Part shown: positions 13,001 through 25,000 of the stretch, piece by piece | Numbering within the stretch: the stretch's first letter is position 1 | Layout of the letters: every line of letters starts with the position of its first letter | Assembly: GCA_030248215.1 (NCBI GenBank) | Contig: JASANG010001204.1 | Coordinates: 1 to 64,000, forward strand | Direction: 5' to 3' | From: Enoplolaimus lenunculus | Taxonomy: Eukaryota | DNA length: 64,000 nucleotides | The notes under the pieces: generated by a model | What the model saw: the letters and a program-made list of their open reading frames with translations, nothing else | The model's database searches: none | Told to the model about the DNA's origin: nothing | Made by a program: the position numbers and the translations under genes

Positions 13001-16000
13001 TAAAAACGAATTTTTCAAAAATTCAAATTTAAGCGCGGCATGATCAGGGGATGTCATGACAAGCTCAAATATGCAAAAAATATTTAAATCCAACGATTTT
13101 TGCGTAAACACTGGCTAGAGGGATAAACGGAAAAGACGCCAATTTTGCCGACGTTTAATCGAACGTGCGTAATAGCGCAGCGCTTATATTCTAAAACATT
13201 TAACTGCAGCCCATCATAAACATGAAACATGGACGGGACCTATTGATATACTAGAAACTGAACATCAAAACAAGACACACCTTCATATTTATCTGTTACT
13301 GTTAGGACACAATTTACTGAAGGCAACGATTTTATATTGATTAGATATTCCCATATGTATTGAGGCGAATAGGTGCGACCGCAACAAACAGAAAATATCT
13401 AAATTGTTAATACTTGCGAAAGATTGGCACTTGGTGTTTACTTGATTAGTTTTGCATCAATAATATAAACGTTTCTTATACACCCTTGAAAATGAAATGA
13501 TTTCACATCTTATTTAAGCATTCATTTCAAAAAATTCAAATTTTCAAAATTTTCGTCGCTTTGTTACCGAGACATATACCTTAACGAATTCGACACTAAA
13601 AAATTCGAAAACAGTAGTCCAGTCGTGAATCGAACCCGCTATACGCTATGGAAAACCATGTGCTTATTTCAGGGTATATGTTTCACTTGTTCAAAAATGC
13701 ACATGTAGAGTGGTAGTGTTATATATTAAAATTTAATGCATATGGTCTGTACACGTAAAATAGGGATAGCATAACCCAAAATTTAATTTCACTTGAACGA
13801 CACGAACGTCCAGGCTGCCTCAAAAATTATAGGAGCCCGATTTGCTTGAAGTAAACTATATTTTGTAATGAATAAAGTGCGTAATTGTCTGTTTTAAAGA
13901 TTTAAAAAATTTAATCATCATTATCGTCTTTCGTATGATAAAACATTCTCCGATGTCAGGTAAGCCTACATTACGCAACGTTTAGTTGGCAGTACGATGG
14001 TATTCATTGGTGCATGACCTACCTCAAGATTCTTTTGTCCTTTGTATGGTGCGTCCCACATAAGCCGCACTTTATTTGCTGTTATTTCTGCTTTCATATT
14101 TTGAGGTGCAGATTCTGGTTCTGAAATACAAATAGCAAACATGCTTATATTTACACTAGGATTATAATATAACGAGTTTATATTTTGTCAAACTATTGTG
14201 GACAACAGTGAGGTGCAAAGTATTAACGTAGTATACGGCTTGATACTGCAAAAGAACTTTGCAAAACAAATAAACGCGCGTAGTCAGCTAAAATGCAAAT
14301 GTTAAGCGCGATAAAAAATTGCAGCCAGCGCTTATATACAGAGATTATGTGTATATTGTGTAATAGGGTTCCGTTTTTGTGCAACTTCAAATTAGTGTTG
14401 AAAAGAAGGATAATATTTCGTACATTGAATCTTCAAACATATTTCCAATAGAGAAATGCACGCAAATATAAAGAGAAATATTTAATTGGATTACATCCAT
14501 GTATACTATAATGCCTACTTCAAGCGGCAATATAAAACAGATACCGTTTCCCTCGGTTACAAACGTATTAAAGCAGAATCAAGTATATAGAGGAAACGAA
14601 AGTAATACGTAAGACATTTATAGGTTTCAGCAACTAGATGAAATTTACGAACGCATGGTGAACTGGAACAGAGTTACGAAATTAGTATAAAAGGAGAACA
14701 GATTTCGAGCAGTTTCATTTCACGAATTTTAGTTTGTCCTATAGTTACTATTTTAGTTTTCTTTTCTATTCTTATTTTACTTTACAGTTGTGTTTTGCAT
14801 AAATTTTAATATAGGCTGAAGCGTTTGAATATTTTCACATCCATTCAACTTTGTAGTTTTAGTTTTAGTTACCATACATAGCTTGGTTACCAGTAATCTA
14901 AGAAGAATTAAAACGGTAGCTGCTAAGTTTTAAATCCTATCGCAGTTAAGCTATGGTAAAACAATTCTGCATGCTTATTTTCATAATCCTTAACATATAT
15001 ACAAACGAACCAAATTAAGTTTATTACCCTCATTAATACAGGTTGCTTTAATACACTAACGATTTCTTTTAAATTTTTTAAATTTACTTATCAAGATAGC
15101 TAGTAACGTGCTAATCAAAATATATTTAGTGTACTTAGAAATATTCTTAAGAACTAAGCACAGATTCAAGCAAACGCATTGAATTAGTTTACAGTGCTTG
15201 CGACAGCTATCTAAAGACGAGATTTATAAGTCTGAACCAGAAACTTGCATAAATTAGCAATGCGTATTGTTGGAATTTATAACTAGTTTTCATTTCATAT
15301 TGTCGAGAATCTTAACTCAATGATTCCACTCTCCAAGTAAAAGGGACAGTCAATTTACACCGACATACTTATTGATCAACTTCGACAGCCGAGCAAAGAT
15401 TTCAGTGCAGCGTTCATGGAACCCTTGTACAACCTCGACGGAAAGAGACCGAAATTTGTTGTATGTTCGGGCGCGTATCAGATGGTTTGATCTTGGGGCT
15501 TAGGAAAAGTCGTATCGCCGACACGTATACTTATCCTGGATTTAAGCTATACGGTGCTACTGTAATTCGACGAGGTCCAACCAACATAGGGGCTGCCGTG
15601 TTCATTGGGACAAAGCGACACTGCTGTCAACTCGAGATTTCCGTTTCGGAAATCAGTCTTAATTCTGTCCAATTTAATTATTAGAAATGTGAATCATATT
15701 GAATGCGGCGTGATTAAAACTGTTTCTGGTGTCATGTATAGCGACCTAATAGAAGTGGCACATACGATCGATGTCAGCCAATTTGGGAATATTATATTCA
15801 ATTGCGGTGTCAACATAGCGAGGCGGTCACATGATGCCCAATAGGGCTGTTCCTTTGCCAATGGCGCGTGGAGGGGTTCGGTTTAACGCCATCGTTTCTG
15901 AAATTACGGCGTCGAATGCGCTTTCATTCGTTAATTGGACTGCACCTGGTTGCAATATATTCGAACGGACTGATCAGTTTAACCAAGAGATCTGCTGATG

Positions 16001-19000
16001 GAGAATGTCGATGGATTTCACAAAGGAACGTCTTGGATTCGGTTATGTGTTCTGTGTTTTGCGACTACATTCCGCATTTGCGGCGAATCACATATAGCAT
16101 GTCAACTTAGCGATACACTCCATCTATACGGCCTCGGAAAACCAAATTTCACCAGGCGGCTTGATCTGATGGGGGGAGTGTTGAACATCTTTACTCGATA
16201 ATGTAACTCTGCAAGTAAATGGACAGTGACGGGACTGATTTGCATAAATAATTTGCATATTGCTGTTGTGTATTTTAGTTTAAACCAGCAAGTGTGTAGG
16301 TGACCAGGCGATTAACCCTTTCTCACATGAATATTTTCTATTTCCCCTGAGACCTACTTTTATGCTAGGATTCGAACTCCAATGGACAGTGACGGGACTG
16401 ATTTGCATAAATAATTTGCATATTGCTGTTGTGTACTTTAGTTTAAACCAGCAAGTGTGTAGGTGACCAGGCGATTAACCCTTTCTCACATGAATATTTT
16501 CTATTTCCCCTGAGACCTACTTTTATGCTAGGATTCGAACTCCAATGGACAGTGACGGGACTGATTTGCATAAATAATTTGCATATTGCTGTTGTGTACT
16601 TTAGTTTAAACCAGCAAGTGTGTAGGTGACCAGGCGATTAACCCTTTCTCACATGAATATTTTCTATTTCCCCTGAGACCTACTTTTATGCTAGGATTCG
16701 AACTCCAATGGACAGTGACGGGACTGATTTGCATAAATAATTTGCATATTGCTGTTGTGTACTTTAGTTTAAACCAGCAAGTGTGTAGGTGACCAGGCGA
16801 TTAACCCTTTCTCACATGAATATTTTCTATTTCCGCTGAGACCTACTTTTATGCTAGGATTCGAACTCCAGTGACTGGAGTGGAAGGCGTATACCATCAC
16901 CACTCAGCTATAAGAGCTTGACGCTCGAGCCCGAGGGGGCTCTCACGTCTTGTGGTGATTTAGTACTATGTATACGTGTTGCAATTGTTAAACACTGTGC
17001 GATATATACTATTTAACGTATATACACTGCGCTGAATTGCCTACAGGCAACTCAATGTGAGAAGGGGTTATAGGTAATAAACAGAAAATTTTTCGCTTAA
17101 CCCTTTCTCACATGAATATTTTATATTTCCCCTGAGACCTACTTTTATGCTAGGATTCGAACTCCAGTGACTGGAGTGGGAGGCGTATACCATCACCACT
17201 CAGCTATAGAAGTTTGACGCTCGAGCCCGAGGGGCCTCTCACGTCTTGTGGTGATTTAGTACTATGTATACGTGTTGCAATTGTTAAACACGGTGCGATA
17301 TATACTATTTAACGTATATACACTGCGCTGAGTTGCCTACAGGCAACTCAATGTGAGAAGGGGTTAAACGTAATTTGGTTCGTTCGTAAACTTGTCAAAG
17401 ATTATGCAAACAAGCATGCAGTATTTTTTCACTATGCCTTAATTGCGAGAGATGGTACTACTGTAAAAGTTTTTGTGTGAAGATTGCGAGTATGGCAAGA
17501 AAATAAAAAATATGAAAAAATTTAGCAGCTACAGTTTTATTCGTGTTAGATCACTGGTATCCAAGCTGGGAATGGTAACGATAATAAAATATTCAAATAC
17601 TTCAACCTTATATTAAAATTTAAGTAGACACAACTGCCAAGTAAAATAAGAATAGAACTAAAATAGTGACCACAGGACAAACTAAAATTCGTAAAATGAT
17701 AGCGTTCAAAATGTGTTCCCCTTTATAGTCACAAATAATTTCGTAATTCTGTGCCGACTACCATAAGTTTCTATATTTAATGTAGTTGCTGAAACACGTT
17801 TTACTTGGCAATTTTTTCAGGTTTTTTCATTTTTATAACTAAGGGCTTCGAAAAATCAGGTTTTTTCAAGTGTTTTAGTAAAAATCAGGTTTTTTCAGGT
17901 CGCGGACGCCCTGCGTGACATTTCCGCTAATTTTTTACGCAATTTGCACGTCTCTATTTAACAGAGTTTTTCTTTCGTTTCCTCTGTTTGATTTCACTTT
18001 AAGTACGTTTCAATAGATTAAAACAGCATGATTTATCGTGCCGCTAGAAGTAGGCATGCAGTATCTAACTACGCAAACTAACTAAATATGATTTATTCTT
18101 ACGTATGTACGCATTTCTCCATTTAAAATAATATGTTTGGAGATTCAATGAGCAAAAAATTACTTATCTTTTCAACGCAAATTTGATGTTGCACAAATAC
18201 GAAGGTGTATTACGCAATATACACGCACTCTCTGATACAATGTAGTCAACCACTCGCTACAACATTCTTGACGCGCCCTAACATTTAGATTAAATGACTA
18301 CACATGTTTGTTTGTTGTGTAAGATCCAGTACTGTATTTTTCTTATACTTAGTGAAAATTACATTTATCTATACTGTGACTGTTGCCACTACCATCCGCA
18401 AGATAAGGATTTGGTTTGCGTTTGAAAAAACTTCTCAACGCCTAAGACTGCCCAAGCCTTACTGATAGCGGCCCGTGAATAGGTTTGCGAAAACTGTGTT
18501 TTCGCGGGACTGCTAGGGTAAGCTTAAGATTTAGACTACTTTTGTTTTGCTTCGCTTTGGCTTAGGCTTAGAAATATGCATATCTTCAAGCTTAGGCTCA
18601 AGAATACGCTATATTATTGTTACAACCATTATTAATACATTAACAGCTAAGCATAAGCCTACTTTAATGAGAGAAAGTGTACAAAATTTGGAATCTGAAA
18701 CAATAGTACTTACGTACAGTACATAAATACTGTGCGGGTTTCTGAAATTTTATTTAAGTATTTAGTAAAGTTACACTTAAGTAATTACTTATATTGCCGA
18801 CTTAAGTAAATGCTGAACTTATTTAACAAAACAAATTAACAGCAAATGTGAGCCATGGTCATAACAAGAAAGTAATAGTTTTGTTTTATTGAGGAGGCGT
18901 CATTAGTCTACAATTTGAATTAGACCAAAATTAGTGCGCCTGAAATGTTAATCTGTAATATATAAAAATGAAACTGCGATTTATGAATTTACTTGGCTGA

Positions 19001-22000
19001 TGTACGCTTTTAAAGACGACAAAATGGTTAAGTAATTACTTATCGCGTACTACGAGTGCAAAGCAGTATATAAAAAAGGTTTAAAAACTCAGCCATTATG
19101 TATTACAATTGACAAAAATTTGTATAAATTTTCTACGCTGGACCTGTCTTGGAAACCACAACCATATATTTTAGCGGTGCCTATGAGTATGTTTTGCGAG
19201 AAAAGTTTTGCGTATCACTTTTACTCAACTCCGATTCCTTATCAATTACCAGTTATTTGGCAAACTCTCACAGGCTGACTTCTGCCATAATCGTTGCTCG
19301 CCCAAACTTTGAATTCGTAAATGCAAAACGCAATCAACCCTAAAACAAGAATGGTTAGGATTTGAATGCAAACAATCAATTTGTATATTATTATATTTTA
19401 TGGTTTGTTGACATATGCAGAAAATCAAAATCTTCTCTGTCACGTTTTAAACTTAAAACATGTTGATAACAGTCTACCGGATGTTTGTCAGCGGACGTCA
19501 CGCCCTAACTTTAATTTTTGTAAAAGTTTGGGTAACTAAAACTTTCTATAGAATAAAGGTTGTTCCAGAATGTAAGGAAATCTATATGAACCGCCAAAAC
19601 TCAACAACCACTGAACCAGCGCCTGATGAATGAGAAAGACCATGGGGCTTGGGGCCTGGCCCTCCGTGGCCTCGTTTCCAACCGAAAACGACGACATGTT
19701 TCAATGGATAACAAGCCATCAACTCCACTATTTGAATTTTCGGAAGTACTGATTGCGTTTTCCGGATCCAGTATCTCGATAAATAATAACCGTACATGGC
19801 TATATCTGTGTTGTTTTGGAGCGACTGTTGTTCTGTTACTGCTAATGTTCATTGCGTATTAGTTGTGGTATATATGGTCTCCGAACCTCCTACCACCTTA
19901 ATCTGTTTCTGCGCTGAAGTCCACTTAAACCGGTTCTTTTTGGTTATCCGCCCCCAGCCGGCGTTTGTCCAAAACTGGTTACCTGTTATTTCAATCTGCG
20001 TTTCTTTAGTCGAAACTTCTTTCGGCAACATATTCTCTCGTTCTCGTTTCGACCGATATCTTGTATTCGAACGGCTGCCTCGACGATTTTTTCGTTGCCT
20101 AAAACATAAACAAATTGTACTTAACTCATTTGGTCATTTCGAACTCTACTGTATATAATAGCTGTTTGTGATCGGTAACCATCAGTTTACAAAACTTTGT
20201 TTGTCAATAAAATTTTTGCCTGATATGGCCGTGCTCGAAGCCAGCAGAAAACAAACGTATTGCTAACCCTGTGACAATACGATAGTGATGAAAATTTATA
20301 AGTTATACCAGCCATACTCGGGCCCATTGCCATAGGGGTCAGAACGGCTCAACCCCTCTCGACAAATTTTGACCCACCCCACTAGAAAATATTCAAAATA
20401 TTCAACTTTGCTTTTAAGTCATCGAATCCTCTTGTATGCCTCCTGAATGTTTTAGCCCCCCCCCCCCAGCAAGCTAAGCTGGCTACGGGCCTGGCTCCAG
20501 TGAAGTTGGGCCACCTAATAGTTTTCGCCCGCCACGGACCTGTATCTTTTACCATATAACTTTAAACATTGATTAAATTGATTGCATACAGGGAACCAAA
20601 CAGCAAATTTACTTACCAGGCTGACCGTTTAGACTTATATCGAATGGTGTACGTCATAGGATTGTGGGTGGTAGGAACAAATTCAGGCGGATTCCATTCC
20701 AAAGTCACTGAGTACGGTTTAATGGCAGTGATGCGAAGGTTTGTCGGCTCAGAAGGAGGCACTAAAATTTGTGGCGCAGAATGTGTAAAGTTTACAGTGT
20801 ACAATGTAGAACCATTTGATCCAGCCAGAGAGAGCCGTGACCATTGTTTCCGAGTACCCTACGCCCGTCCGCTAGTGGGAACCCCACTCTCAACCGGCAT
20901 GAGAAGCCAAACAAGCGTGAATAACGCAATGCTTAACGCGAACTGCGCTGAACGCGCAAAAGTTTTTGAAAGCCACACATGATGGATTTTGACACGGTCC
21001 GCAGGTGGCCGTCCGCGCCAGTGGGGTATGGATGGTAGCCGCGCCACTGGATTCAACTGTCGTGCATAATCGAGCGATCCTAATGTTTGCCGCAGTGTAA
21101 TTGCTGATTATAATATCTATATATTGCTTCTACGCTTCTAGACACAAGATCAGAACCAATACAAAATCAGACGTTTTGAAGTGAAATGTATGCAGCTTGT
21201 TAACCTAAATCTCTGCAAAATTTATGACCACCGATGCCAATCGTTGAAAAAATCTGAGCATTTCAATTTGTTTAAATACATTAAATAGTGGGTTTAGTAA
21301 CTTTTTTTAGCTTTTGCAAAATTTATCACAAACATTCACATACAGTTATAGTTCGATATAGCACGGTCGATAGTAATTTATGCTTCTAACTTGCGCATAA
21401 CAGTAGACGTAACATTCAAGATTTCTACGGCAAAATGCAAACATTAATAATAAATGCAGTTTACCTTTTTGATCTTCATGAATCGCTAAAAATAAATTCA
21501 GAAGTATCTGCATGGTTCGGAGGTATCAAATTTATGTTTTTCATACATATTTGGGCCCATGTTACCTTAAAAGAGGCGTCCAGGTTTCTGGCGGGTCAAA
21601 CAAGAGTACGTTTAGATTCTAGATTACATTTTTTTGCTTAGGCTTAGGCTTAGGAACACATTCTTGCAACGCTTATAGGCTTACGCTTAGGAATACGCTT
21701 AATCTACTGTTACGCCCCTTAAAGTAACACTGGCCCATGTTTGTTCAAAATATCTCATTGATAGGTCTTGGTAACTTAGCGAACTGTGCATGACAGTTTA
21801 TAAACCTGGCTTGCGCCTGTTGAGTATTTATTTCTGACCTTTACAAGATACATATCAGAGATAGAAATGGGGCCTCCTGCGGATGCCCCACGACAGATTT
21901 TTTAAACCGTCACGTGGACACCATGATAAAGCCCTGCAGCGCCTGCTATACGAGAGTAGCAGTTATATTTTAGAATATAACATCGTTTATTGATTTTTAT

Positions 22001-25000
22001 GCTGATTTTTATAATTTTATGCAATTATTCTATCTTCGATCGACTTTTGTCAATTCACTACAGTTGTGAATTGAATTAGCAGGCCACTAACCAGAGAAAC
22101 TCGATGAACAAAAACAATTGTAACAAGTCAATCTGCCGAAAACATTTTCTGGTTTACTTTTGAAGTAAAACGCACCTAACGACACAATTTCTGTAAAACT
22201 GGAAATTTTTTCAATACCGAAATTGCTGAATCTCTGGCAAAAATTCTACCGGAGCCGGAGGTCGATTTTCTTCTGTAGCCGGAGACAGAAGTCCGGTTGT
22301 TCCCTGACAGTAAGGCTTATAAAATGGCTTACGTATACCAAACCATAAGTGTTTGGACTTTGGCTTGTGGCTAAGTCCACGCCAAAGCCTAAGCCTTCAT
22401 GTTAAGTGTGGGAAAGGTGTACAAGAGATTATTTTTCAGATTAGCTGTATTTGATTCTATCGTTTCGAAACGAATGTTTTTTATTTAAATGAACATCATG
22501 TTTGCGTTTATCAAACTAACTTCAATATACTACGTAAACCTAAATCCCAAAAGCTTCTATAGTTCTCTGCACTTTTACGCTTCCCCTACAACCCTAGGCC
22601 TATTCCTAAGTTTAAGCTCAAGCCTAAGCTAAATATTAAGTAATGCCAAAATCGTATCATTTCGAAAACCAGATTAAAAAGTGCTTAAAATTCAAATTTC
22701 AGCTTACGTTGAAGGTTTTGAACAATTGTGAGCACTCCAAACATCTTTTTCATATTTTTATATCGGCGTCGGCGATATTTCTGTCGATGAATATCAGCCA
22801 GTGGATCAATATTTTCCAAACTTCGACCCAAATAGTGAATTTCGTTCAAATAATGCACTCCTACGCTATCAATACACGCAGTTGTTAGTATTAGCCCGAC
22901 AAATATGTACGCTAACGATACTGCAGTATATCGAGTATTTTCAGGCACCAAATCGCCAAATCCAATTTTGAGGACGCTCACAAATGCAAAATAAAACGAT
23001 TCAAATGGAGTCCACGGTTCGTAGCTGGCGAATATCGCAGCTCCGATACCGCAATACAATATTATGATGAGAAATATGACGATTGATGGTACCTGAAAAT
23101 CGGAGAAAACTTGACATAAGCCCAATTCACACGTACGTAGCTGCCATTTAGAGCTGCAAATTGTTACACATAAAACTTGCAGCTTCAACTTGCAAGTGTA
23201 ACTTTGTAGCGATGACCTGATGCAACCAGTTTTTATAATAAATTTTGCAGCTGCAACTTGCAACTAATAAAGTACTGCAGCGACAATTGGCATCTGCCAG
23301 TTCTATATTTCGAACGAAACATCTTGCAGCAAGTGGCAGCGGTGTGTTTTTGCCTTTAAATTTTGCACGTGCAAGTTGCAGCTACAAGTATTTACTGTCA
23401 TAAACTTGCACTTGTAAATTTCAGAAGCGACTTCTCGCTGCAAAAATTTACACGTGCTGTGAATGGCGTTTTAATGTAGACTATGCATCTAATGTGTGCA
23501 TTGGTGTGCCAAGTATGTGAAATTAATCAGTCTTGAAATGTTTCCCGACGAATAAAAGTGAGAATTGTCAACGCGAGTGATAGTGAGTGAAATGACAGAT
23601 AAATTTAGGATTTAAAAAGATATTAAATGTTTGAAAGTTTGTGAAAGACCTTTTGTGTGTAAGCAGCCCCTCCCATTTATGGCGTATGGTGAACACTAAG
23701 CACGGCACCAGATATGTGTATATGTCAGATATGAGTTTGGTATTTACTTGTTCGGCACTGCGCGAGATACCGGTAGTGAGTTTATTTCAACTCAGACTGA
23801 AATCACTCAGTCTGAGTTAGGTCTATCAGAACTCATAATGCTGAGCAGATATAACTCATTCTGATATAAATCTATCAACTTTTCCGGAATCAAATCAACT
23901 CACAGTGGGAATCAACTCAACTCAGAGTGAGTTAAAATTTGCTGTTGTTAACTCAGAAATAAGTAACTTTGCGAGTAAGTAGATTAATTAACTCATTGCA
24001 ATTTACAATTTTGTTATGCTCTATGTACCTGCCTATACAAAAAATAGAAATCCATACAGAACAGCTGCCTGCTGATTTTATTCTTGGCGATGCCCGTGGC
24101 TTACTCTACTTGTTTACTTTAATGTATTCAACGTCTTCCAAATTTTGCCAAATGTACTCGGCGATTTCTTCTTGATTCTCGTCTTCATTTTCTTTCATAT
24201 TGAACTCAGGCAAATCTTCTAGTTTTTCGTCCGGTCGCAGAGTTATTATGCCACCCGAGCATGCGAAACGATTCTTGAGCTGTAAATACCGTGGATCGAG
24301 GTTTATGGTCAAAGATTATCATGCCTGCTTTAAAATAAGTTTTCTGATCTGTTTTGTGCAAATTAGTATACCTACCACTACGGCGGTGAATTGCCTGTGA
24401 GGTCATGATTTCGTTCCAATTTTTTCGCTACCAAAATTGAACATATCTGAATACCAATTTAACAATAGATAAAATGACTACATTTTTTGCATAAATAAGG
24501 TAGGAATAGAGATTTTTTCAACGCTTAGGCTTAGAAGTATGTTTAATCTACTGGTACAGCCCCAAAAGTAACATTGGTCGCATGCTGCATAACAAGATAG
24601 AACACTTCAAATTTAAAACAAATCATAATAACTTAATAGTTTTTAGTTTTGAAAATTTTAAACGATATAAAGTAATATGTTTTAATCATAGTGACTCTCA
24701 ACAAATCCGTTCTTTTTACCTTGGTATACGCCAAGTAACTTGTAGTAATTCCAGATGAAACGAATTTGGCTAAATCTGCAATCACGACTAAAAGCAACGG
24801 AATGCCGATCAGACTGTAAAGAATACAGAATATTCTTCCTGGCTGAGATCTTGGTGCAACATTTCCATAACCTGAAAGTTATACAACAAAATTAATTGTC
24901 CTTTATTGTTAAAACTGATTTTAATTTATAGACAGCAACTGAAAATTGTTCATGAACATTGTAAATTCCAAACCAGGTGTCTAATCGTAGCCTTTCAGTT

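Noticed and set aside
16218..16869. CRISPR array
   Set aside because: Whole units are near-identical with no unique spacers, there are no cas genes, and the context is eukaryotic.
16851..17210. Functional tRNA-Gly genes
   Set aside because: The anticodon and acceptor stems do not pair, and the sequences lie inside MITEs.
20569..20982. Plus-strand 137-aa ORF
   Set aside because: Antisense shadow of the FN3 exon and GC-rich intron, with no recognisable motif.
11255..21056. FN3 exons as a separate LAR/DCC-like receptor gene
   Set aside because: No in-frame ATG precedes the hydrophobic segment, there are no Ig, TM or PTP exons, and the phases link the exons to the upstream K2P exons.
24376..24427. 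Extra K2P exon RKNWNEIMTSQAIHRRS
   Set aside because: Its donors are phase 1 or 2 but the next exon needs phase 0; inclusion leads to stops.
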